Shown: positions 38,114-47,994, numbered from the stretch's first letter. The stretch is DNA of 64,000 nucleotides from Chloroflexota bacterium (GCA_958295775.1 CATQHC010000007.1:1061-65060), one strand, 5' to 3'. Numbers and translations: made by a program. The notes: a model not told the origin generated them from the sequence alone.

Positions 38114-38362
38114 CTATGCTGGGTCGTCCGGATCTTCCTTGCGTCCGCTGACATAAAACCACACCGCATACGCCACAGCGCAACCGATGAGAACGGCGCC
38201 GACGGCCACTTCGTCCCACACGCCCAGCGCGCCATGTTCCAACGGCGCCGGCAGCGTTGAAAGCGGGACTGCTGACGCAAGCCTGCCTAGGCGCAAAGCC
38301 CTGCCGCAGTCTCTCGCGGACCGCACCGTACGGCCAATGGATCGCAGGCGCCGGGCTCGCAT
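38114..38362 (-). CDS. Small hypothetical membrane protein
   Basis: 82 aa, HGALGVWDE followed by one TM. Same strand as and just downstream of the ferredoxin-like gene. Confidence 0.4.
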   Translation of the reverse strand: MRARRLRSIGRTVRSARDCGRALRLGRLASAVPLSTLPAPLEHGALGVWDEVAVGAVLIGCAVAYAVWFYVSGRKEDPDDPA

Positions 38363-38422
38363 GGTATCTATCTCACTTCCCTCCCACTGACACTCTCGGC
38401 CTCGCGTGCGCACGTCGTATTC

Positions 38423-40189
38423 CTACCCCAAGATCGTGCCCCGCATCTCCATGGGCTGCGTCATTAGCCAGGCGCCCGCAAAGAACAGCATGACGATGAG
38501 TACCGCCCACGGCAAGAGTGCGCGGGCAGCGCGGGCTGCGGTGCGCTGTTGCTCTTTCGCGATGCGGTAGCCAACGGTAAGGGAAACCAGCATGCCAAGC
38601 TCCAGCAGCAGGAGTTCCAGCGGCGCCAGCCAGGACTCCGGCACGATGGCAGCCAACTCCCAGCGTGGGTCGCCGAGTATCGGGATGCCAAAGTCGACGA
38701 GAAAGCTCTGCATGACGGGAATTACGGTCAAAGCGCCAATGAAGAAGTGAAATCCATAGTGCGCGAGCCACATGCCAAAGCCAATGGGTATAAGGGCAAA
38801 GCTGTAGCGCGTCACGGTAGCGCCCAGCGGCTCAGCGCCGGCGACGAGAGCGCGGCTAGCCCAGCCAGCAGACGTCACCAGTACAAAGGGAACCGCCACA
38901 AGTCCCACCATGAAAACTACCCCCAGGACCAGCGGCTCATTGCGTACGCCAAGCATATTCGCGAGCCACTGCTCCAAGGCATAGACCGGCGCCACCATGC
39001 CGAACGCATTCACGAACGCCGCGAACACGAGCACAATCACTAGTGCAGCGACGTCCGTCCGTTTCACTAGCGTGCCCACGCCGGAGCGCCACGTATCGAG
39101 GCGGCGGAATTCGCTGGTGGGAGCGCGCAGCCGGATGCCGACGTTGTCATACGGACAGGCTTGAATGCAGTCCAGGCAGAACGTGCAGTCCATGTTCCCT
39201 TTCTTGCTCTCTTGGAAGAGCCAGAGTTCACAACCGGACTGCACGAGTTGAAGACCGGCCGGCGCAGCTACCTGTCGCATTGCTTGGGAGGGAGTATCGT
39301 CGGCAGGTGGTACAACCGCTTTGCCGGGCTCATCCGGGTCGACGGGATTCCGGCTTGCGCCGGAATGACCGCGTTCAATTTGACTGCCCAGAATCTCTCC
39401 AGAATCGGCGCGTGTAATGCGCTCCGAGATGAAAGAATCCCCTCTCCCTTGAGGGAGAGGGCCAGGGTGAGGGTGATCTTCCACAGTCAAGCCGGACGCC
39501 ATCGTATTGGGAGAGTCTTGCACTGACTCGACTTCGCGAAAACTACGGTCATTCTGCGGCTTTGGCGCTTGGCTATACCGCCCCTTGATGCAGTCTTTCG
39601 TGGTGCACGAGCCGCAAAGTGCAGGCTGGCGCACTTTGATCTCCAGCGGCGACACCATGCTATGAACGAAGTGGAATTGTCCGATGGGACAGACGTATTT
39701 GCAGAAGGCCGCACCCCTGAAGATGCCGTCTATGGCAAAGGCGGCGGCAAAGTAAGTAAGCGCCACCCAAGCTGTGAGCCATGGGCTCGCCCAGAGATCG
39801 AACGCTTCGTACGCCCAGAAGAAGACAAGAAGCACACCAATCGCCAGCCACTTGCTGCGCATGACTTTCGGCCAAGGACGGTTTGCGGGGAAGAGCTTCT
39901 TGGCAAGACGGCGTGGCAGCATGAAGGGGCAGGCCATGCAAAAGAGGTTGCCGGCAATGAGCAGAGCCAGCACCACGAGACCCCGCCAATGCACCCAAGG
40001 CAGCACACCCGCGACGTTCTTCGGCGCGAGCTGGGGTCCCCAGAACCCGTCATAGAGGATGAGCGCCGACACAGCCAGCAGGACTGCCTGCATGGAGGTA
40101 CGGGCATGCTTCCAGCGCAGAAAGCCCCCGACTACGGGAACGTTGAGCAGATCGCGTTGCCGCGACTGCTGGGTCCGCAGCGCCGCCAC
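38423..40189 (-). CDS. Membrane 4Fe-4S binding (polyferredoxin, NosR/NapH/FixG-like) protein with a ~115-aa repeat-containing insertion
   Basis: GNLFCMACP, FCKYVCPIG, CGSCTTKDC, DCTFCLDCIQACP, many TMs. GTG start 2 bp after the upstream stop. Confidence 0.85.
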   Translation of the reverse strand: MAALRTQQSRQRDLLNVPVVGGFLRWKHARTSMQAVLLAVSALILYDGFWGPQLAPKNVAGVLPWVHWRGLVVLALLIAGNLFCMACPFMLPRRLAKKLFPANRPWPKVMRSKWLAIGVLLVFFWAYEAFDLWASPWLTAWVALTYFAAAFAIDGIFRGAAFCKYVCPIGQFHFVHSMVSPLEIKVRQPALCGSCTTKDCIKGRYSQAPKPQNDRSFREVESVQDSPNTMASGLTVEDHPHPGPLPQGRGDSFISERITRADSGEILGSQIERGHSGASRNPVDPDEPGKAVVPPADDTPSQAMRQVAAPAGLQLVQSGCELWLFQESKKGNMDCTFCLDCIQACPYDNVGIRLRAPTSEFRRLDTWRSGVGTLVKRTDVAALVIVLVFAAFVNAFGMVAPVYALEQWLANMLGVRNEPLVLGVVFMVGLVAVPFVLVTSAGWASRALVAGAEPLGATVTRYSFALIPIGFGMWLAHYGFHFFIGALTVIPVMQSFLVDFGIPILGDPRWELAAIVPESWLAPLELLLLELGMLVSLTVGYRIAKEQQRTAARAARALLPWAVLIVMLFFAGAWLMTQPMEMRGTILG

Positions 40190-40191
40190 GC

Positions 40192-40668
40192 CTACTTGCC
40201 TTCCTGCGACGAATCTTTGGACTTCATGTCCATCTTCATCTCGCCCTGCACACCTTTGAGGTCGACGCGTTGCTGCACCGTTGTGCCATCGGCAAGCGTC
40301 GCGCGCACGATGATGACCCAATCGCCGCCCATCGTAAATCTGAAGTCCCGGGTGGCATATTTGCCCGCACCCAGAGCCTCAGTCGCCACGATGACCGGTT
40401 GCATACCGGCATGGGTCATGGTGCCTTCCACTTCGATGGTCGCGCCCTCGATCGGATTGCCGTCTACGTCGCGAATTTCCAAGGTGAGTACGGCGTCACC
40501 CACTGTCGCCGGGTCCGGCGCCACGGAAATAATAGTTACGTCGAGTGCGCCGCTCTCTTGACCGCGCGGGCCGCACGCAATGAGGGCAAGCACACCCAGC
40601 AGCGCAAACACGACGGCAATTGTTGGGCACGCGCGAACTTCAACTACATCATGGATGGAACGATTCAC
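40192..40668 (-). CDS. YtkA/FixH-like lipoprotein
   Basis: GGAGG RBS, GTG start, lipobox LIAC, IEVEGTMTHAGMQP, FTMGGDWVIIV. Confidence 0.8.
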   Translation of the reverse strand: MNRSIHDVVEVRACPTIAVVFALLGVLALIACGPRGQESGALDVTIISVAPDPATVGDAVLTLEIRDVDGNPIEGATIEVEGTMTHAGMQPVIVATEALGAGKYATRDFRFTMGGDWVIIVRATLADGTTVQQRVDLKGVQGEMKMDMKSKDSSQEGK

Positions 40669-40904
40669 GACACCTCCCTCTTCATGGTAGCAATGAACCG
40701 TCGTGGCTGCGCGACGTGCGTACAAAGGCAGCATTCGCGTTGCCATCACGCTCAACCGTCACGGGGCGCCGCGGCGAGTCCGGCACAGCAAATCAACTGC
40801 GCCGCGCCGCTTAGGGCTTGGCGAATGCCTCAACGCGTCGCATAAAAGGCAAAGGGCCGACGCGTTGCATGGTGGGAATGCCAGCCGCGCGCAAGGACTC
40901 TCAG

Positions 40905-41226
40905 CCTGAGGAGACCTTTGCATAACCTCAGCCAGTGGCGTAAGAATTACTCCCTCTCCCGGTGGGAGAGGGCCGGGGTGAGGGGATTACTGCTTGTCCC
41001 GTTTTGTTTGCCGCAAAGACCTATACGAATGTGTGCAGAATCGGTGAAAATGGCTCAGATTGCGAGAATTCTCCCTCACCCCCGTATCACGTACGGGGCG
41101 GGCGCTAAACCCTCTCCCGCCTGGAGAGGGGACTTTCTCGCCTCGGCAAGGGTTATTCAAGGGTCTCCCTAGGAGAGGGCGTACCTTTTTCTCCCTCGGC
41201 CGTAGTTATGCAAAGGTCTCCTCAGG
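40905..41226. mobile_element. MITE-like element bounded by a 22-bp perfect inverted repeat
   Basis: CCTGAGGAGACCTTTGCATAAC (40905..40926) and GTTATGCAAAGGTCTCCTCAGG (41205..41226). Internal palindromic repeats, no transposase. Confidence 0.7.
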
Positions 41227-41347
41227 GAGAGTACAGATAACAGGAAGGGCAAAAGGTAATGCAGGCGGACGCACATTGACACTAACGGACACCCCTGTGC
41301 GTAGGTCGATTGTCCGTCGGCCCATGCTTTACCTAGAATTCCTAGCG

Positions 41348-42292
41348 CTACTGCTCCGGTCGCAGGACGAGCGCCGCCGCGCCAAGGATGCCGGCGTGTT
41401 CGCTTTCGCCGGCGAGGCGGATGAAAGACTCAATGTCGGGATGTTCGCTGCCGGCAAGGCGCTGAAACCACGCGCGGATCCCCTGAATCAAGCGACCGCC
41501 GTCCTGCATCACGCCACCGGCGAAAACTATACACTCCGGCGCGAAGAGCTGTTGGCAAATCTGGCAGCCGATGGCGAGCCAGCGTGCCGTATCGTCGCGC
41601 ACCCCTTGCATCATCTGGTCGCCGGCTTCAGCGGCGTCGTGCACGGTGAAGCTTGTCAGGCTATCCAAATCACCGCCGGTAAGTCGACGGACAATTTCGC
41701 TAGGTTCATTGGCCGCCGCAGTGCGGCCGCGGCGCGCGATGCCGGGTCCGGCAGCGAGCGATTCCAAGCAGCCGTTGACGCCGCAGTTGCAGAGCGGGCC
41801 GCCCGGATTCACCAGGATATGACCGATTTCTCCCGCAGCGCCCCTACCTCGCACCACCCGTCCGGCTTCGATGATGCCGCCGCCGATGCCGGTGCCGACG
41901 GTAACGTACACCAGGTTCTCCATGCCCTTGCACGAGCCAAATGCATACTCGCCCCACGCGCCGGCGTTGGCATCGTTGGCGATTACTCCCGGAAGACCGT
42001 ACCGGTCCTGCAGCAGCGCAACCAGCGGCAGATTCTTCCAACCAACATTTACAGCCGAGATTGCGATGCCCTGATCCCGGTCCACGGTGCCGGGCACGGC
42101 GATTCCGATGGCGCTGGGCCGCTCCACCGCCTGGACGAGCAGGTCGTCCACCACCACGCAGACACTCTCCAGGATCGTCTCGTGGGAATCCTTGACGATT
42201 GGCGCGCGGCCATGCGCCAGGATGGCGCCGTCGTGGTCGACTATGCCTGCAGCGACTTTTGTGCCGCCAATGTCAATACCGATACCGGTCAT
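41348..42292 (-). CDS. ROK family sugar kinase
   Basis: GIDIGGTK, VPGTVD, NDANAGAWGE, VGTGIGGG, GEIGH, CNCGVNGCLE. Confidence 0.93.
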   Translation of the reverse strand: MTGIGIDIGGTKVAAGIVDHDGAILAHGRAPIVKDSHETILESVCVVVDDLLVQAVERPSAIGIAVPGTVDRDQGIAISAVNVGWKNLPLVALLQDRYGLPGVIANDANAGAWGEYAFGSCKGMENLVYVTVGTGIGGGIIEAGRVVRGRGAAGEIGHILVNPGGPLCNCGVNGCLESLAAGPGIARRGRTAAANEPSEIVRRLTGGDLDSLTSFTVHDAAEAGDQMMQGVRDDTARWLAIGCQICQQLFAPECIVFAGGVMQDGGRLIQGIRAWFQRLAGSEHPDIESFIRLAGESEHAGILGAAALVLRPEQ

Positions 42293-42297
42293 TGCGC

Positions 42298-43473
42298 TTA
42301 CCCTGCTGAGAGCTCCGGATTGCGATAGGCAATTTTGCCCCCTACGAGCGTCAACATTACGCGAAAGTCCTGAGAGAGCACGGCGATGTCGGCATCCGCG
42401 CCGGGGCGAATGGCGCCTTTCGTCTTGCCCAAGCCGAGTTGGCGGGCAGGCACCGCGCTCGCCATGGCAAGCGCGTGCGGCAAGGGTACGCCGGCCTCCA
42501 CATAGACCTTGACATTGCGATTCATCGACGACGCGCTCCCCGTAATCGTACCATCGTCTCGTGTGCCAAGTACCTCAGAAACCGTTACCGTGACGCCGCT
42601 CGCCCGCTGGTAGACGCCCCCCGGCAGACCGGAAAACTCCACGCCGTCGGTAACAAGCGCGACGCGCTCCCAGCCTTTCGCGGCGATAAGCAGTTTTCCC
42701 GCCTCCGGGTCAACGTGCGCGCCGTCGCCAATCAACTCCGCGGTGATTTCCGGGTGCGCCATCACGCCGCCGACGGCGCCGGGATCACGGTGGTGGAGTT
42801 CGCGCATGGCGTTGAACGTATGCGTCGCTTGGCGTACGCCGCTGGCGACCGCTGCCGCCACCTGGGCGAACGTGGCGTCGGAGTGGCCGAGGGAAGGAAC
42901 AATGCCCATGGCAGCGAGGCGCTCTACCAGCCCTAAGCCGCCTTCCCGCTCCGGCGCGACGGTCATGACCTTGATCATGCCCTGCGCAATGTCTTGGAGC
43001 GCTGTGACCTCGTCACTATCGGGTGTACGCATCAGTTCAACGCGCATCGCCCCCGGGCGCTCAGGGCTGAGATAGGGACCCTCCATGTGCACGCCGAGAA
43101 GCTGCGATCCGACGGGCGTAGTCGCAGCATCCCCAATTGTGCGCAACGCCGCCACCGTATGCTCCCACGCCGCGGTGCCTACGGTGGCCAGCAGTCCGGT
43201 CGTGCCCGTCTCGGCGCGGTACGCACAAATTTTGTGGACATCTTCAACCGAGGTCGTGCTGAACGACGCCCCTAACGCCCCGTGCACGTGCATATCGATG
43301 AACCCGGGACAGACGATGCAGTCCGACACGTCAATCGTCTCTGCGGCGTTGTTGTCGGCAGTAATTGCATCAGCGGGGACTACGCGCGCGATGCGGCCGG
43401 CGTCAATGACGACGCTTGTCTGCGCGAGCCTCTGCAGAGGGGTAAAGACGGTGCCACCAGCCAGGACAATCAT
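42298..43473 (-). CDS. nagA: N-acetylglucosamine-6-phosphate deacetylase
   Basis: PGFIDMHVHG, HMEGPY, TVAPE, GHSDA, THTFNAM, DGAHV, LVTD. Confidence 0.93.
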   Translation of the reverse strand: MIVLAGGTVFTPLQRLAQTSVVIDAGRIARVVPADAITADNNAAETIDVSDCIVCPGFIDMHVHGALGASFSTTSVEDVHKICAYRAETGTTGLLATVGTAAWEHTVAALRTIGDAATTPVGSQLLGVHMEGPYLSPERPGAMRVELMRTPDSDEVTALQDIAQGMIKVMTVAPEREGGLGLVERLAAMGIVPSLGHSDATFAQVAAAVASGVRQATHTFNAMRELHHRDPGAVGGVMAHPEITAELIGDGAHVDPEAGKLLIAAKGWERVALVTDGVEFSGLPGGVYQRASGVTVTVSEVLGTRDDGTITGSASSMNRNVKVYVEAGVPLPHALAMASAVPARQLGLGKTKGAIRPGADADIAVLSQDFRVMLTLVGGKIAYRNPELSAG

Positions 43474-43580
43474 GCAACTCCCTTTCGCTGCATCCGACCT
43501 CATCGTACGGGGCGGTTGGGGCGGCGTCAATGTATACTAGAGTGACGCGCAATTGGCTGGAGATGAATGAGGAGAGTGCA

Positions 43581-44630
43581 ATGGGAACAAGAGTGCGGGT
43601 TGGCGTAATCGGAGCCGGTGGCATCGCCCGCGGCGCCCATCTGCCGGGATACGCAAAGATCCCCGAAGAAGCGACTGTCGTTGCCATTAGCGATATTGAC
43701 GAACCACGCGCCCAACAGGTCGCGGACGAATTTGGCATAGCTCGGGTCTACGCCGACTTCAACGAGATGCTCGCGCAAGAAGAGCTGGACTTGGTCAGCG
43801 TCTGCACGCCGCCGTTCATGCACTGTGCGGCAAGCGTCGCAGCGCTCAATGCAGGCGTGAACGTCATTTGCGAAAAGCCGATGGCGATGAATGCCGCTGA
43901 GGGCGAAGCGATGATCGCAGCAGCTCAGCAGAATGACAAAATGCTTACGATCGGTTTCCAGTCCCGCTATGGCGAACGCGCACAGTTTCTCAAGCACCTT
44001 ATCGAGCAGGGCGAGTTGGGCGACATCTACTTCGCGCGCGTGCTGGCCTTACGCCGGCGCGGCATTCCCTGGTGGGGCGTGTTCGTGGAAAAAGACAAGA
44101 ACGGCGGCGGCCCGCTGATCGACATCGGTGTGCACACCCTCGATCTCACGCTGTGGCTCATGGGTCACCCCACCCCGACTGCGGTTAGCGGCGCTGTCTT
44201 TACAAAGCTAGCCAAACGACCGGGCTTGTACTCTCGGCGCGTGCCAATTGATCAGTCGCGGTATACCGTTGAGGACTTTGCCACGGCGCAAATTCGCTTT
44301 GACACCGGCGCAGTCATAAACCTCGAAACCAGTTGGGCGCTTAACATCGAGAACGAAGTAAATGCCTACATCTGCGGCACCGAGGGCGGCGCCACGTTGC
44401 GCCCGCTTAAAATTCTCAAGGAAGTGCCAAATGCCGGACTCCTGGACTGCACGCCCGCCCATGAAGAAGGCAGAGAACACAATCACGCAGGCCAATTCGC
44501 CCAGGTAGTGAGGAACGTGAAAGAGGGCACGCCGCCGCTGGTAAAAGCCGAAGAGGCGTTGACCGTGCAGCGCATCGTGGACGCGATCTACGAGTCGGGT
44601 GAGACCGGCCAGATGGTCGCGATTGAATAG
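43581..44630 (+). CDS. Gfo/Idh/MocA oxidoreductase
   Basis: GVIGAGGIA, CTPPFMH, CEKPMA, GGGPLIDIGVH. Confidence 0.93.
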   Translation: MGTRVRVGVIGAGGIARGAHLPGYAKIPEEATVVAISDIDEPRAQQVADEFGIARVYADFNEMLAQEELDLVSVCTPPFMHCAASVAALNAGVNVICEKPMAMNAAEGEAMIAAAQQNDKMLTIGFQSRYGERAQFLKHLIEQGELGDIYFARVLALRRRGIPWWGVFVEKDKNGGGPLIDIGVHTLDLTLWLMGHPTPTAVSGAVFTKLAKRPGLYSRRVPIDQSRYTVEDFATAQIRFDTGAVINLETSWALNIENEVNAYICGTEGGATLRPLKILKEVPNAGLLDCTPAHEEGREHNHAGQFAQVVRNVKEGTPPLVKAEEALTVQRIVDAIYESGETGQMVAIE

Positions 44631-44778
44631 TGCCGGGCGCAGGCTGGCGGCAAAGCGCATTCCATAGGAGGCGCACACATCTGTTGCATACGGCGGCTCT
44701 CCACTGGGGCTCGCGCCGTTTGCTCGCAGCGGAGATGTCGCGGGCATCGACCCGCCGCCCAATTAAGGAACAAGGCAA

Positions 44779-45630
44779 ATGGCTCGCTTGAAAGTTGTCG
44801 TAACCGGAGCCGCAGGCTACGTTGCTTCACAACTGCTGCCCGCGTTTCGCGAACGGTATGATCTTGTCCTGCTCGATAGTCGAGACCGGACTCGCACCGG
44901 CGTGCTGGTGGAGGATGTCACCATCACCGACCTCTGTGACACTGACCGGGAAAGCTATCGCGCGTTCTTTACAGGGGCGGATGCCGTTGTGCACCTAGCC
45001 TTCAACTACAAGCCCGGGCACTCCATGAACGACGGCGACTACTACTCGGAGCGGTCAAACCTTGATCTGGCCTACCACGTCTATCAGACCAGCCTGGAAG
45101 AGGGAGTGCGGCGGGTGGTGGTGGCCAGTTCAAATCACGCCGCCGATTGGTACGAGCACCTGCTGCGGCAGCGCACGTTGGAAATGTTGGATGAAACGGC
45201 GCCGCCGCTCTCAGACAACTACTACGGCTGGGCCAAGGCGTGTTACGAGCATCTGGGGTTCCTCTTCGCCGTCGGCGCCATGGGTCGGAAACTGGAAAAC
45301 GTGCAGGTGCGCATTGGCGCGCCGCGCCCGATCCCCGCGGATAATGCCTTGCAAGACCCTACGAGCTATAAACGCAACCTCGGCGCGCACATAAGCCCGC
45401 GCGACTTACAGCAACTTTTCGCGAAGTCAATCGAAGCTCCCACCATTGAGAACCAGCACGGCATTCCGTTTCAGATCTTCTACGGCGTCTCCAACAATGC
45501 CCGTGCCTTTTGGAGCAATGCCAACGCCCGCAAGGTGATCGGTTACGCGCCGGAAGATGATTCGGAAATCACCTTTGCCGACGACATCCGGCGGGTGCTG
45601 GTCGATCACGGGAGTGCGGGCAGACTCTAG
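44779..45630 (+). CDS. NAD-dependent epimerase/dehydratase (uronate dehydrogenase-like)
   Basis: TGAAGYVA, VHLA, ASSNHA, YGWAK, RIG, FYGVSNN. Confidence 0.8.
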   Translation: MARLKVVVTGAAGYVASQLLPAFRERYDLVLLDSRDRTRTGVLVEDVTITDLCDTDRESYRAFFTGADAVVHLAFNYKPGHSMNDGDYYSERSNLDLAYHVYQTSLEEGVRRVVVASSNHAADWYEHLLRQRTLEMLDETAPPLSDNYYGWAKACYEHLGFLFAVGAMGRKLENVQVRIGAPRPIPADNALQDPTSYKRNLGAHISPRDLQQLFAKSIEAPTIENQHGIPFQIFYGVSNNARAFWSNANARKVIGYAPEDDSEITFADDIRRVLVDHGSAGRL

Positions 45631-45949
45631 ACTGCCCAATTGGACGATGTCATCACCACGGCGATTGGCATTCCGAGGGCAGCATCGAACAGGGTTCGCA
45701 GAATCTGGGGGCTCCGTTGTGACGGTCCTTGTCGGCAGGAGTTTACCCAAACTCGCGGTCCGTTTCCCCAGATTTGGAATCTTAATGTACCGGTCACCTG
45801 TTGCGCGCGCCACTTCCTGCCACGGCAAACACCGTTCAAACAAGCAGAGGTCTCGCACTTACGCACAGTTGACGCATACGTTACGATAATAGTGAAGGAA
45901 CTTCCCTTTCTGTCCCACGAACATCAGTAGTAATTCGGGATTCAGCAAC

Positions 45950-46435
45950 ATGGCAGCCCTACGACTCGTTAACACCGGCACCGCGGAACAGGCGCAAGTA
46001 ACCGACGTGCCCGCGATGAAGCAAATCATCGACTTTTACGCCAAGCAGAACCGCATGCTCTTCCGTTCGCTGGCAGAGCTCTATGGGGGTATCCGCGACT
46101 ACGTGGTCTGGCGGCAAGACGGCAAGGTCGCCGGCTGCTGCGCTTTGCACGTCATGTGGAAAGATCTCGCCGAAGTGCGTGGGCTGGCGGTGCTGCCGGA
46201 GTACCAGGGCCAGGGCATCGGTCGCCAGCTCGTCGACGCCTGCGTGGCGGAAGCGCGGGATCTGGGCATCAAGACAGTATTCACGCTGACGCTGGAGCCG
46301 AAGTTCTTCAGCAAGTGCGGTTTTCGGGAAGTTGAGCGCGATACGCTCTCCATCAAAGTGTGGCAGGAGTGCTATCGCTGCCCCAAGTTCTCGAAGTGCG
46401 ACGAGATCGCCATGGTGCGCGCGCTACAGGAGTAA
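45950..46435 (+). CDS. GNAT N-acetyltransferase, short ArgA-like (amino-acid N-acetyltransferase)
   Basis: CCALHVMWKDLAEVRGLAV, QGQGIG, VFTLT, KVWQECYRCPKF. Confidence 0.85.
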   Translation: MAALRLVNTGTAEQAQVTDVPAMKQIIDFYAKQNRMLFRSLAELYGGIRDYVVWRQDGKVAGCCALHVMWKDLAEVRGLAVLPEYQGQGIGRQLVDACVAEARDLGIKTVFTLTLEPKFFSKCGFREVERDTLSIKVWQECYRCPKFSKCDEIAMVRALQE

Positions 46436-46605
46436 CCTAAAGTGCACATAGCAGCTCCGGCAGCGGCGGTCGCTCGCACCCCGGCAAGGGTGAGCAAATA
46501 TGTGCTCTTTCGTTGTGCTAAAATGTAGAATGCGATCAATCAGGTAGACTACCAGATTGAGACAGGGTAAGAGTAGTGCAAAAAGACCAATCAAGGAGGT
46601 CTTGC

Positions 46606-47994
46606 ATGCTTAGCGAAAAGCGCATATCACGAAGCCAATTCCTGCGCGGTGGCGCGGCACTTGTCGGCGGCACAGCATTGCTGGCTGCCTGCGCCCAGGG
46701 CGGTATGGCTCCTGCGGCCCCGGCCGATGGCGAGATGGCCGCTGAAGCGGAAAAGCCCGCGATGATGGAGACTACGGAGATCACCTTCCTGTGGCCTCAC
46801 TATTCCTCCGGTAAGACCCGCTGGCTGGAGTGGATCATCGAGACCTACAACGCCAAAGAGACCGGTGTCCATGTAAACACCCTGGACGTCGCCGGCAGTT
46901 TTGGCGGCAGCCCGACTACGAAGCTCCAGGCCACGGTGGCCGGCGGCGCGGCGCCGGACATGGGCTGGTTTGGCGTAGGTATCCATCCCTTTGCCGGCAT
47001 CTTGTACGACGCCAACGTGCTTCTGAAGGGCATGAATTACGACATGAGCCAGCTCAACCAGACGCTGGTGAACGGTCTTACGTGGCAGGGCAAATTGATT
47101 GCAGCGCCCATCGGCATCAACACCACGGCGTGGTTCTACAACAAGGAACTCTTCGACAGAGCGGGCGTACCCTATCCCCAGGATAGCGACACGTTCGATG
47201 ACCGTCTTGCCGCCGCGCAGCAGGTGTCTGCCAGCCTGAGCACGACCGATGAGAAGATCTGGGGCGTGGCGACCATACACTACGTCGCCTACTGGATCGC
47301 GGGCATGTACCAGGGCTTCATGGATGATTCCGGCGCCAATGTGGTGGTGGATGGGCCTTTGGCACTGGAGTCGGTCCAATGGTGGCGCGACAACTGGGCG
47401 AAGTATGAAATAGGCCCGCGCGCTGAGGACTACAACCGCCAAGAGGACGCGCAGTTCTTCAATTCGTTTGCCAACGGCAAAGTCGCCATGGCCGTTTACG
47501 GCACCTGGGGCTTGGAGCCGATCCGGCGTCATGAGGCCGGCGTAGACTTCGACATCGTCGAGCAGCCGACAGCGGTTGGCGGCGGCGAGGAGGGCAAAGG
47601 GGCATTCTTCGGCATCGAGGAGATCTTCACGGTGGCCACCACCCAGAAGCTGGAGGCCTCTGCCGATTTCCTCGCCTTCCTGGTCGGGCCGGAGCACTTG
47701 AGCTGGACCGGCGGCCAGGGCAACATCATCCCGGCTATCAACTCGATAGCTGAGGAAGTCTTCGTGCCCTCGGCTGATAGCCCGGATCCCGCCAACCTGC
47801 TGGCTTTTGCCCGCGCGGCGGACTACGCCAAGCCGTACTTCCCGCATCCCAAGTACGGTGAGTTGCGGGGCGCCTACGGTGAAGCCATGACCCCGTGGTG
47901 GAACGAAGAGGCAACTACTGCCAAGCAGGCCCTTGAGAAGGCAGAGGAAGACTGCCAGGTAATCGTGGACGAGTGGAACGCCGCCAACCTGTAG
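46606..47994 (+). CDS. ABC sugar-binding lipoprotein (CUT1) with Tat-like leader
   Basis: AAGGAGG RBS, ISRSQFLR...LLAAC lipobox, APDMG, WFYNKELF, FANGKVAM. Confidence 0.9.
   Translation: MLSEKRISRSQFLRGGAALVGGTALLAACAQGGMAPAAPADGEMAAEAEKPAMMETTEITFLWPHYSSGKTRWLEWIIETYNAKETGVHVNTLDVAGSFGGSPTTKLQATVAGGAAPDMGWFGVGIHPFAGILYDANVLLKGMNYDMSQLNQTLVNGLTWQGKLIAAPIGINTTAWFYNKELFDRAGVPYPQDSDTFDDRLAAAQQVSASLSTTDEKIWGVATIHYVAYWIAGMYQGFMDDSGANVVVDGPLALESVQWWRDNWAKYEIGPRAEDYNRQEDAQFFNSFANGKVAMAVYGTWGLEPIRRHEAGVDFDIVEQPTAVGGGEEGKGAFFGIEEIFTVATTQKLEASADFLAFLVGPEHLSWTGGQGNIIPAINSIAEEVFVPSADSPDPANLLAFARAADYAKPYFPHPKYGELRGAYGEAMTPWWNEEATTAKQALEKAEEDCQVIVDEWNAANL

Noticed and set aside
40918-41172. 84-aa ORF inside the MITE (also 10987..11274 and 26069..26461)
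   Set aside because: These are translations of palindromic repeat sequence (LSRWERAGVRG, LSLSKG), not real genes.
45640-45930. 96-aa ORF between the epimerase and the GNAT gene
   Set aside because: TTG start without a clear RBS, atypical composition and no motif; probably intergenic.
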